The notes under the pieces were generated by a model that saw only the letters and a list, made by a program, of their open reading frames with translations, made no database searches and was not told the origin of the DNA. This document shows positions 40,691 through 49,616 of a DNA stretch of 64,000 nucleotides, piece by piece (within the stretch, counting starts at the first letter, position 1; each line of letters starts with the position of its first letter). The stretch is from assembly GCA_044226015.1 (NCBI GenBank), contig JBGAHS010000002.1, positions 1,043,435 to 1,107,434 on the forward strand. Reading direction: 5' to 3'. Made by a program: the position numbers and the translations under genes. The DNA is from Candidatus Obscuribacteraceae bacterium (GTDB lineage: Bacteria > Cyanobacteriota > Vampirovibrionia > Obscuribacterales > Obscuribacteraceae).

Positions 40691-41764
40691 ATGCGTATAG
40701 CGCAATTGGCACCCCTGGCAGAAAGCGTTCCCCCGAAGGGTTATGGCGGCACAGAATTGGTCATCAACCTATTGACAGAGGGATTGATTGAAGCCGGGCA
40801 CGATGTCACACTATTTGCATCCGGCGACTCGGAGACTTCAGCCGAATTAGTTTCAATTACGGATCGAGCGCTTCGTCTCGACAGCTCAATTCCAACGCGC
40901 CGCTGGTCGGCCTATTCGTTGAAACAACTGATAGAGTTTGAGCGAAGGCACAAAGAATTCGATATTGTGCATAGCCATATGGGATATGAGTCGTTTGACC
41001 TCTTACAGAGAATTAGCTGTCCAAGCTTGCTTACAAATCACAATCCGGTTCGCGATTACTGCGCGCCTTTGTATTTCGCTAACTCCAATCTAAACTATGT
41101 AGCTATTAGTAATGCCTATAAAAGATTGAATTATCCTGAAAAAATAAATTACGTTGCCACCATTCATAATGGCATCGACATCGAGCGCCACACTTTTGAT
41201 AGCTCTAAAGAGCGCAGCTATTTGTTGTTCATTGGCAGAATTTGCAAAGACAAAGGAACAGCCGACGCAATTGAAATTGCTAAAAGATTGAGCTTACCTC
41301 TAAAAATTGCCGGCAAAGTTGACGAAGCAGATAGAGACTACTTTAACGAACTCGTTGAGCCTTTGCTGGACCCGCCGAATATTGAGTACATCGGAGAAGT
41401 AAATTTCGAGCAAAAGAATGAACTCTATCAACAAGCTATTGCAGTAATCTACCCGATAGCTTTCGAGGAACCATTTGGATTGGTCATTGCAGAATCTATC
41501 GCTATGGGAGCGCCAGTTGTTGCACTTGAAAGAGGCTCTGTTTCCGAGCTAATCATTGACGGTAAAACTGGTGTCGTAGGAAAAACAGTTGACGAACTCG
41601 TATCAAAATTCGACGCCATCAAGAAGATATCGGCAGAAGAGTGTCGGGATTATGCAAAAAAGAATTTCTCCAAAGAGAAAATGGTGAACGATTACATCAA
41701 GCTCTATGAGAGACTGTCTAAGGAACAAAATGCGCTCCGCGCCTCAGCCGCCGGAGCACGTTGA
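40691..41764 (+). CDS. Glycosyltransferase family 4
   Basis: MRIAQLAPLAESVPPKGYGGTE, HDVTLFASGDS, EPFGLVIAE. Confidence 0.93.
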   Translation: MRIAQLAPLAESVPPKGYGGTELVINLLTEGLIEAGHDVTLFASGDSETSAELVSITDRALRLDSSIPTRRWSAYSLKQLIEFERRHKEFDIVHSHMGYESFDLLQRISCPSLLTNHNPVRDYCAPLYFANSNLNYVAISNAYKRLNYPEKINYVATIHNGIDIERHTFDSSKERSYLLFIGRICKDKGTADAIEIAKRLSLPLKIAGKVDEADRDYFNELVEPLLDPPNIEYIGEVNFEQKNELYQQAIAVIYPIAFEEPFGLVIAESIAMGAPVVALERGSVSELIIDGKTGVVGKTVDELVSKFDAIKKISAEECRDYAKKNFSKEKMVNDYIKLYERLSKEQNALRASAAGAR

Positions 41765-41998
41765 TCGCTTCCGGGACAAAGCCAAAAAGCTTGTAGAGTG
41801 CGCGCCTTGCTCCATTGGCGCGCACTCTATTCAACAGATGCTTGGATCGCCAATTTGAAATAATTCCCTGCAAATTTCAAAAAACATTCCACCAGAGCCC
41901 CCAACCTCCTCAGGTCAGTCTTAAGCTGTGGTGGAATATTTTTCTTGCTAGTCGGAACAGAAATGAGGGACTATTCCGGTCTGGCACAAGTATTAAAA

Positions 41999-42181
41999 CT
42001 ACGCTACATTTCTATCATCATGTTTGAATGGCGGTCGACCATTTCTTCGTTCAGTAAGTTCAGCATCTTCAATGGTGTGAATCAATTCTTTCATTTGGAC
42101 TGCCAGGATTCGCTTGATGTCTAACCAGAGTTCGCTCACATCTACTTGCGTATACTCGTCTTCGCATCTCAATTCATTCAT
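41999..42181 (-). CDS. 60-aa hypothetical protein
   Basis: GAGGAGG RBS and its own promoter motif upstream. Confidence 0.65.
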   Translation of the reverse strand: MNELRCEDEYTQVDVSELWLDIKRILAVQMKELIHTIEDAELTERRNGRPPFKHDDRNVA

Positions 42182-42269
42182 CGGTCCTCCTCAGCAGGCG
42201 GCACATTTGTACTTACCTGTTTCCCTCATCTTCTTCCGGAATTTTGCTTATTCCGAATACGACCTAATA

Positions 42270-42294
42270 GACAACTGATCGATATAAATGTTCC
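42270..42294 (-). promoter_or_regulatory. ECF-type promoter GGAAC-N17-GTC (last exact copy seen)
   Basis: Minus strand GGAAC atttatatcgatcagtt GTCTAT. Confidence 0.72.
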
Positions 42295-42327
42295 TGCATG
42301 ATCCGAATGTGCTTCCGGATCAATACT

Positions 42328-42759
42328 CTACTCTTCTTTCTGTCGTTTATGAGGTCCTGTTGTATTCAAATCAACCATGCGGTGTACGCTCCGCATGAGA
42401 GCAGCCACAGCGCCCGTAGAGCTGAACACCGTGGTATCAACAACTGCTACTCCACCATTGCGAAGAACATTAGACTCTGCTCGCAGAGGACCGACAGGGT
42501 CGTTTGTCAACAAATTGACGCTAAGTTGAATCGAATAAGGGAAACGTTTGCCTGCCATCGCCTCTGGTATCACTTCTCCGCCATGAATAGCAGCCGATGC
42601 AACCTCATCTGCAAGAGTAACAATTGCACCGGCATGATAGACTCCCGTAGGTTGTTTTACCATGTCTGAGAGTGGCAGCTCGCCGCAAGCATAATTTTCG
42701 CGAACTTCGTTCATATGCCCACCAAGAGCGGTAAGCATGGTCCATTCATATTTAGGCAT
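42328..42759 (-). CDS. PaaI-family hot-dog fold thioesterase
   Basis: QPTGVYHAGAIVTLADE. Confidence 0.85.
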   Translation of the reverse strand: MPKYEWTMLTALGGHMNEVRENYACGELPLSDMVKQPTGVYHAGAIVTLADEVASAAIHGGEVIPEAMAGKRFPYSIQLSVNLLTNDPVGPLRAESNVLRNGGVAVVDTTVFSSTGAVAALMRSVHRMVDLNTTGPHKRQKEE

Positions 42760-42771
42760 TTTTCCCTCGAA

Positions 42772-43746
42772 CTATTTTGGTTGTTTTTCGGTGGACTCTT
42801 TTGAGTCAATTGATGCTTTAGGATGTGTAGAGAAAAAATTCCAACATTCCTGGCTTGCATCAAGACCATTGAAAGCCTTATCAGTATACAGAATGGAATT
42901 CTTTCCTGAAGGCCATGTGTGACGCACGCCTTTCATGGTTATAACCTTTACTTCAGACTTGTTCTTTCCCGAAAACACTTCTGTCTTCAGGCTTTCCGTC
43001 TCATTAAGCTCACTGGAATCTGTGCACTCATCAGCTTTCTTCCAAAATTTGACAGCATACGAAACCGGTTCACGATTAACAGGATAACCCCAACGAGCCC
43101 ACTTACCTGTTCCACCATTATAGGGAACATGACGGTCATCTGTGCCATGGATTATTTGCACCGAAACCGGAACTTTTGGCTCGCGTTCTTTGCCACTCAT
43201 TGCACCGCCAACACAGGTGACTGCAGCAATTTTGTCTGAAAGCTCACAGGCGAGGCGAAAACAAAACATCGCACCGTTAGAGTATCCGCAAGCAAATATC
43301 CTCTTTTTGTCGATCGAATACAGTTCACTCAGCTTATCTATCATTGCTGAAACGAATTCTACGTCGTTTACCTTATTATTACTGGCAAAGCCGCAGCAAT
43401 CGATGGCGTTCCACCACAAATATTTTCGAACGAACATGCCGCTGCCATAGGGATAGACAGCGATGAAACCATTCTTTTTAGCCAGCTCATCCATACCGGT
43501 GAGACGACGAATCACTTCTCCGTTTTCCATGGCTCCATGAAAAACGAAAACCAGTGGAATCTCCTTTTTATCCTTCAACTCTGGAGGAACATAAACATGA
43601 AATATTCGGCGCATCTTCTTTACGCGAATAATCAGTTCCTTCACAGTTTTTTTCTCAGGCTTTACTTTGTCTGCACTGGCGTATGCAGCGCAGACGAAGC
43701 TTTGGCAAAAAAGCAGACCTATCGCCAGGCTTGAAAGGACCCTCAA
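42772..43746 (-). CDS. Secreted LpqC / PHB-depolymerase-family esterase
   Basis: LVFVFHG, AVYP, WNA..CC, GYSNGA, IHGTDD, HTWP. Confidence 0.9.
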   Translation of the reverse strand: MRVLSSLAIGLLFCQSFVCAAYASADKVKPEKKTVKELIIRVKKMRRIFHVYVPPELKDKKEIPLVFVFHGAMENGEVIRRLTGMDELAKKNGFIAVYPYGSGMFVRKYLWWNAIDCCGFASNNKVNDVEFVSAMIDKLSELYSIDKKRIFACGYSNGAMFCFRLACELSDKIAAVTCVGGAMSGKEREPKVPVSVQIIHGTDDRHVPYNGGTGKWARWGYPVNREPVSYAVKFWKKADECTDSSELNETESLKTEVFSGKNKSEVKVITMKGVRHTWPSGKNSILYTDKAFNGLDASQECWNFFSTHPKASIDSKESTEKQPK

Positions 43747-46700
43747 CCAGCGGCCTCCACACTCTGCGCCACCGATTTGCTTCTACTCAAATAGCCAGCG
43801 ATTACCAGTGGAAGTAAGAACAGCGACAGCATAATAAACATATCGGTGCCAAAAACATTTCTAGTAAATTTGTATAGAGGCAAAAGAGCAAGTCCCATGG
43901 AATTCAAAGCACCTACAAGAAAGTAAGCTACTGGATTATTTCTAGCGCACTTTTTGATCCAGAAATAGACCAGCACAGCTTCTAAAATTCCCACGCATGC
44001 TTCTATAGCAAAATCCTGCCAGTGCTTTGCCGAACTGCTGAAAGCGATCGTACAGATCGCCGAGACGATGAAATAGTTGCGAAAATTTCGGAAGTACTTA
44101 AGGAAGAACCCAATTGCAGCAGGAGCTAAGCACAGTGAGGCAATTCCAAGTGTTATAGCGCTTATCAATTCAGCAAGTGACGGCGAAAGATAATGAGTGC
44201 TGTCCACAAGGCTGTCTAATTGCTGCAACACTACAGATGGAGATAGCATCCCCTGAAGGTAACCCGATATCGTAGAAATGGATACTAACCCGAGGATCCA
44301 GGCGTAAGCAGAATACACTCCGTCGACCCAAAACTGACGCGCTTCCTTCAGACGATCTGCAGTTGGCTGCACGCAACTATGCCATATGCTCGCTAGAGTA
44401 ACGCCCGGACACAAAATTCTGAAGGCGCAATGGCTGACGGCAAATATAACGCTGTAAATGGCACCGTAGGAAATAGCGGCAACCAGCGCTTTAATTCCCA
44501 ATTTGAGCAAGAACGACGAGAACGGAACATCTGTGTCATAACCAATCAGATTGTATTGCAATTCATTCGCCTGACTTATCAAAGTCAACATCGCAACAAA
44601 TGAGCCCACGATTATTGAGGCGCGCCAGTGAATCGAGGTTGACTTGACCACACCATACGCCCAAATAATTGCAGCGATGCCAAACAAACCCAGGATAAGC
44701 TGCGCGACGATACTCACTACAACATCTTTTGTAGTTTTCTTTTCGCGCTCGAATCTCCATTTGTCCGGGATATCCCAAGTGACGTGAGGGAAGGAAACCA
44801 TATCTCCCACCGTGTCCACACTAATTTTCAAGCGAGCATCACCCATCTTGAAAGCTGGCACCACATACGACACAGTATTATCGTTTCGTTTTTCTCGATT
44901 CTGCTCTACTACCGATTCAAACTGCAGTGGTTGGAATTCAGGGCGATATCGCTTGAGAAAATCCTCTGTTAGTTTCTTTGCTTCATCCGAAGTAATTCGT
45001 TTTCCAGGAGCGTCCTCGTCCTCTACAACTTGCATGGACACAGGGCGACCTTCGGAGGTTACCGCGACATCATACTCACGATGCTGGTGCGGCTTGAAAA
45101 ATCTGACCCACCATAGCAAGGGGATACGTGCTGCCTTCATTATCGCTTCTGTTTTTTTGAACCCCTCTTTCTCAAAACCGTATTGAACTTCATCATCATC
45201 AAAGTTCACGTTGAGAACTGCACTCACTGTCCAGTCGCCTTCAGCAACGCCGCGATCCCTCATAAAATTGCGAGCGACTTCTTCAACCTTTGCTTTTGAG
45301 ACTGTCATTCTTGCCCATGTCCCAATTTTTCGGGGATGGACAAAAAACAATACCATTGACGATAAGACGCACAGCATCAGCAAGCCAACCTTCAGCTGCT
45401 TGCCAAGCGAAGAGTAGGACAGGTGCCGCTCTGGGATGGGCTCACCAGGTTCATCCTGATGTGGATTCTTCAAATTCTCATTTAGAAGCGGCTCTGTAGG
45501 TTGCTCCTCTCCCTTCTTAGACCGTTTTGCCAACCCCACGGCAAGTAAAGCAAACGGGGGTGTGCAGGCTAGGAGCCCGCTAAATGCCAACCATAAGTTT
45601 GTAGAGAATAGCATCGGAGTGATGCCGAGAAATGCATCATAAATAAAATGCGCAATGATACCAGCCATGACACCATAGCGTTTCATCATATAGCCATAGA
45701 ATAAACCAACAATTGTAAGTTCAACACCACGAGCATAGGGCGGCTCTTGGGGGTAATCGCTATGCATAAACGCCCAGCCAGCCGCTTGCACGAAGTTTGC
45801 TATCCAGAAATTCTTGAAGACGCGCTGAGCCAGACAAAAACAAAGCACGCGGTAGAGTAGTTCCTCGCTTACGGATGCATTGACACCAACAACAAAGGAC
45901 GAAAAAGCTGGAGAAAAGCTACTCATAGTAGCGACATCGCGCACTTCGAGTGGTGACCACATTCCCATCTTGGAACCCAGCAAATAGAATGCGGCGACGT
46001 ACCCGATATGCACTCCAAAAACGCAGATGCCTGCTATGACAGTCTCGAGGATGGACCTATTACTTGCAAATTTGAACTTGAGGAAATGTTCACCCGCAAC
46101 AGCTTTTGGAAAGTGATTTCTGTAGACAGCTTCAATTCCTCCAACCAGAGCTACTGATGAGAATGCTGCAAGTGCCGCAGCTAGCAGCGAGGACACTAGT
46201 TTGCTAAGCAAATAGCTGTGCAAACTCTCGGTGGTGCTGTACGACTGAATAATGGAGGGCCAGTTATTCCAATAATCCAGAATCTCGATAGAGAACGAAA
46301 CTGCGGCTGCTATAGCAACGAGACGCCAGCGAACACGCTTTGTTGAAAGTGCCCATACGAAGGAGAAGAACATTGCTGCTCCAACAATGGCAAAGAGTAC
46401 GGAAGAAATCTGCTTTAGTAGGTCATTGTACGAGCGCATGTTTGCGAACTTGTGCTCAAAATCTTCGGGTACATGCAAGGAGCAATCGTAAGAAGTAATC
46501 ATGTTGCCCGAGACAGTTACGGTAGTTCTGAGTTTTCCGCCTTTAAAATCCTGGTTTTCGTCTTCCCAAGTAAAAGAGTGGTCGACTCTATTTTGCTGTT
46601 TAACAGAACCTTGTTTTATTAGCTTGATACCGTCTGCCAGTTCAATCTTCGGGACAGAATCTTGTCCGTTGCCGCTTTTCCTGGCTGTGGATTCGCCATT

Positions 46701-47768
46701 CTGGGGCGAGCTATTTTGACTTGCACTGAGCACTGGGCTGGTCGCAGCTTCTGCTCCGGGGGAGTCAAATTTGTGCGTCTCTGGAAGGTTCGGATGCGAC
46801 TCAGGAAGTTTCGAATGCGCATCCCGATCCGAATGAGCATTAGCAGGAGGACTGTTTGCTGCTAGGGCTTTCTCTTGTGACGACCTGGATGATGCCGTTG
46901 CCTGGTTCTTACCTTCGGCAGCCCCTGGCGGATTTGCTACTGGCGTCTTTTCTGCTTGCGCTTTCTCTTGCGGTGAATTGGACAACGCCGTCGCCCGCTC
47001 CTTATCTTCTGGAGCCTTTAATGTGTTTACTTCTGGCGTCTTCTCTGCTGGCGCTTTCTCTTGCGGTGAATTGGACGACGCCGTCGCCCGCTCCTTATCT
47101 TCTGGAGCCTTTAATGTGTTTACTTCTGGCGTTTTTGTTGCAGGCGCTTTCTCTTGCGGTGAATTGGACGACGCGGTCGCCTGCTCCTTATCTTCTGGAG
47201 CCTTTGATGAAATAGCTGGAGGCTTTTCTTGCGATGAACTTACCTGATTCGGCAGTTTTTTATATAACTTCTTGCCAGCTTTCTCCTCCACGAAACGAAG
47301 TGCCAAGACTTGAGCTTCTTCTTGAGACAAAGTAGGAAGTTTTGCTTCCTTTTCAATGTCATGATTAAGGGCTACCAGCTTACCTTCGGGATCCTGACAT
47401 ACCTGAAATTCCTCTTCCTCTGATGGGCGGCAAAATCGGGTATACCAGTAAAATGCATTTATTTTGGAATGCATGAGTTCATTTGCTTCGCGCATACTGT
47501 ACTCACGTTCCAAAAAAGTAGTGACCTCATTTCGATCACCAAATGTTGTCGAATCAATGCAATTCTGTGTTGAATAGCCCAGATCAGCGCAAATCTTGCG
47601 AGCCTTCGCAACGATCTCCTTCTGGGTTACTTTCAGATCTAGTGAGGCCGCAGGAAATACATCATCATATTTAGTGAAGAAAAAAGTGAGTCCCAAAACT
47701 CCCATTACAAGGAATACAAAAAGGGTACCTTGTATGGGCTTCCACTTAGAACTTTCGCTGTCGTCCAA
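43743..47768 (-). CDS. Large CPBP (CAAX/Abi) intramembrane glutamic protease with duplicated extracytoplasmic domains
   Basis: SEELLYR, WAFMH, AHFIYD motifs; many TM helices. Confidence 0.88.
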   Translation of the reverse strand: MDDSESSKWKPIQGTLFVFLVMGVLGLTFFFTKYDDVFPAASLDLKVTQKEIVAKARKICADLGYSTQNCIDSTTFGDRNEVTTFLEREYSMREANELMHSKINAFYWYTRFCRPSEEEEFQVCQDPEGKLVALNHDIEKEAKLPTLSQEEAQVLALRFVEEKAGKKLYKKLPNQVSSSQEKPPAISSKAPEDKEQATASSNSPQEKAPATKTPEVNTLKAPEDKERATASSNSPQEKAPAEKTPEVNTLKAPEDKERATALSNSPQEKAQAEKTPVANPPGAAEGKNQATASSRSSQEKALAANSPPANAHSDRDAHSKLPESHPNLPETHKFDSPGAEAATSPVLSASQNSSPQNGESTARKSGNGQDSVPKIELADGIKLIKQGSVKQQNRVDHSFTWEDENQDFKGGKLRTTVTVSGNMITSYDCSLHVPEDFEHKFANMRSYNDLLKQISSVLFAIVGAAMFFSFVWALSTKRVRWRLVAIAAAVSFSIEILDYWNNWPSIIQSYSTTESLHSYLLSKLVSSLLAAALAAFSSVALVGGIEAVYRNHFPKAVAGEHFLKFKFASNRSILETVIAGICVFGVHIGYVAAFYLLGSKMGMWSPLEVRDVATMSSFSPAFSSFVVGVNASVSEELLYRVLCFCLAQRVFKNFWIANFVQAAGWAFMHSDYPQEPPYARGVELTIVGLFYGYMMKRYGVMAGIIAHFIYDAFLGITPMLFSTNLWLAFSGLLACTPPFALLAVGLAKRSKKGEEQPTEPLLNENLKNPHQDEPGEPIPERHLSYSSLGKQLKVGLLMLCVLSSMVLFFVHPRKIGTWARMTVSKAKVEEVARNFMRDRGVAEGDWTVSAVLNVNFDDDEVQYGFEKEGFKKTEAIMKAARIPLLWWVRFFKPHQHREYDVAVTSEGRPVSMQVVEDEDAPGKRITSDEAKKLTEDFLKRYRPEFQPLQFESVVEQNREKRNDNTVSYVVPAFKMGDARLKISVDTVGDMVSFPHVTWDIPDKWRFEREKKTTKDVVVSIVAQLILGLFGIAAIIWAYGVVKSTSIHWRASIIVGSFVAMLTLISQANELQYNLIGYDTDVPFSSFLLKLGIKALVAAISYGAIYSVIFAVSHCAFRILCPGVTLASIWHSCVQPTADRLKEARQFWVDGVYSAYAWILGLVSISTISGYLQGMLSPSVVLQQLDSLVDSTHYLSPSLAELISAITLGIASLCLAPAAIGFFLKYFRNFRNYFIVSAICTIAFSSSAKHWQDFAIEACVGILEAVLVYFWIKKCARNNPVAYFLVGALNSMGLALLPLYKFTRNVFGTDMFIMLSLFLLPLVIAGYLSRSKSVAQSVEAAG
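46850..47240 (-). repeat. In-frame 93-bp (31-aa) tandem repeat, 3 good copies plus degenerate flanks
   Basis: TCTGGAGCC recurs at 47008, 47101, 47194; unit KAPEDKExATAxSNSPQEKAPAxKTPEVNTL. Confidence 0.9.
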
Positions 47769-48026
47769 ATCCCGCGCCTTTTATGAACTTGCAAACATTG
47801 ATCATAACGGAAAACAGAGCAATCCGCCGCTTTCAAAACGCCTCTTTGCTTGATTTCTACACGATTTATTTCTGCAAATGAAAGTCATCAAGTATCTCCT
47901 CAAAAACCCAACTAAAAATTTCTGCAAGCAAGTGCAATGAGCAAGGACACTTTAAAGACAACTGAAGGACAAGTTAGGAATACCGCGTCGATATTCTGTT
48001 CTCATAAACAAACGGGAGACGCAATC

Positions 48027-48230
48027 ATGTTAATCGACGCATTCAAACCACAACACATCGCTTTCAACCGCCAACAAACGGCAGCAGAAGCGCCGGTCAA
48101 TCAGGAGCCAAGCAGTTTTTTGCCAAACGTGCGTAACAAGCGCATGCACAACGAATACAACACCCTACTGCAATCACCCCGCCGCTATGACCAATCGTGG
48201 GTCGAAAACACAATGAAAAATTTCAAATAG
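48027..48230 (+). CDS. 67-aa hypothetical protein
   Basis: GGGAG RBS before ATG 48027; weak GGAAT-N17-TTC motif at 47977-48001. Confidence 0.55.
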   Translation: MLIDAFKPQHIAFNRQQTAAEAPVNQEPSSFLPNVRNKRMHNEYNTLLQSPRRYDQSWVENTMKNFK

Positions 48231-48513
48231 TCGTCCAGGGTTTTCAAATCTTTTTCAGAAACTCAAAATAAACTAGTTCTCACAAGGCGATACAAACCAG
48301 TCGCCGACTGAGTCGATAAGAAAACATCGAGTTTCAATCGCTCAGCTGCAGGGATAATCCCCACCCGCACTCTCTCCAACAACGACTTTGCGGCTCACTC
48401 CAACTCTCTCCGAGTCGCCTCAGTCATGGGCTTTCCTGCAGTGTAATCATGGACTAATCGCCGGCTCACTTTCATCCAAAACTCTCTCTATGAGCCGGCG
48501 AATAAGTCCACAG

Positions 48514-48777
48514 TTTTCTCGACTACATTCTCTACCCAACAAAGGACGAATCGCCGACTCTCTCTCCCACTCTCCCCTGTCGGAGCCTTAGTCCTACCCT
48601 TTTCTCGACTACATTCTCTACCCAACAAAGGACGAATCGCCGACTTCTCTCTCTCCCACTCTCCCCTGTCGGCGCCTTAGTCCTACCCTTTTCTCGACTA
48701 CATTCTCTACCCAACAAAGGACGAATCGCCGACTCTCTCTCTCCCACTCTCCCCTGTCGGCGCCTCAGTCTTACCCC
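48514..48777. repeat. 3 x 86-89-bp tandem repeat, each unit with a CCGAC/GTCGG hairpin around a pyrimidine-rich loop
   Basis: Units start at 48514, 48600, 48689 (TTTTCTCGACTACATTCTCTACCCAACAAAGGACGAATCGCCGAC...). Confidence 0.92.
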
Positions 48778-48799
48778 TTTTAATTTGATGGCTGGAAAC

Positions 48800-48837
48800 A
48801 AAATGGTCGGTGCCTTTTCTAAAGCACCGACCATTTT
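48800..48837. terminator. Bidirectional intrinsic terminator
   Basis: AAAATGGTCGGTGC...GCACCGACCATTTT, a perfect 14-bp inverted repeat. Confidence 0.8.
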
Positions 48838-48888
48838 CAGAATCGAATTAAAAATCCTGTTTCTAAGAAGCCGGATTACTCAGTTAGC

Positions 48889-49575
48889 TGCGCGCCACTA
48901 AAAACTCGAAATTTGATCGATATCGATGCAATCTGCAAAATTTGCTGGGCTTGGAGCCATGAAAATCTTCGTGGTTGGCAAGCACGAGGAAAATCTGCGC
49001 AATCTACACACCACTAAAAACTCGAATTTAGATCGATATCGATGTAATCCGGAGAATTTACTGGGCTTGGAGCCATGAAAGTCTTCGCAGTTGGCAAGCA
49101 CGAAAAATATCTGCGTACTCTGCGCGCCACTAAAAACTCGAAATTTGATCGATATCGATGTAATCCGGAGAATTTGCTGGGCTTGGAGCCATGAAAATCT
49201 TCGCGGTTAGCAAGCACGAAAAATATCTGCGTACTCTGCGCGCCACTGAAAACTCGAAATTTGATCGATATCGATGCAATCTGCAAAATTTGCTGGGCTT
49301 GGAGCCATGAAAATCTTCGTGGTTGGCAAGCACGAGGAATATCTACGTACTCGGCGCGCCACTAAAAACTCGAAATTTGATCGATATCGATGCAATCCGC
49401 AAAATTTGCTGGGCTTGGAGCCATGAAACTCTTCGTGGTTGGCAAGCACGAGGAATATCTACGTGCTCGGCGCGCCACTAAAAACTCGAAATTTGATCGA
49501 TATCGATGCAATCTGCAAAATTTGCTGGGCTTGGAGCCATGAAAATCTTCGCGGTTAGCAAACACGAAAAATCTT
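48889..49575. repeat. 6 x 116-bp intergenic tandem repeat with palindromic core ATCGATATCGAT
   Basis: CCACT(A/G)AAAACTCGAA recurs at 48895, 49011, 49127, 49243, 49359, 49475. Confidence 0.95.
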
Positions 49576-49616
49576 CCTTTTATTAAAGGAAAACAGAATG
49601 CGCTTCAACACTTCAA

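Noticed and set aside
10551..41958. Further intergenic GGAAC boxes at 10551, 15486, 19141, 27695, 37665 and 41954 (also 4552)
   Set aside because: No GTC, GCC or TTC at 17-nt spacing, and several have no downstream gene in that orientation; not counted.
48898..49565. Family of short ORFs MLANxEDFHGSKPSK... in the ORF track
   Set aside because: They arise from the 116-bp period shifting frame in each unit; no RBS; they overlap one another.
48889..49575. CRISPR array interpretation of the 116-bp repeats
   Set aside because: The whole unit repeats, there are no unique spacers, and no cas genes are in the window.
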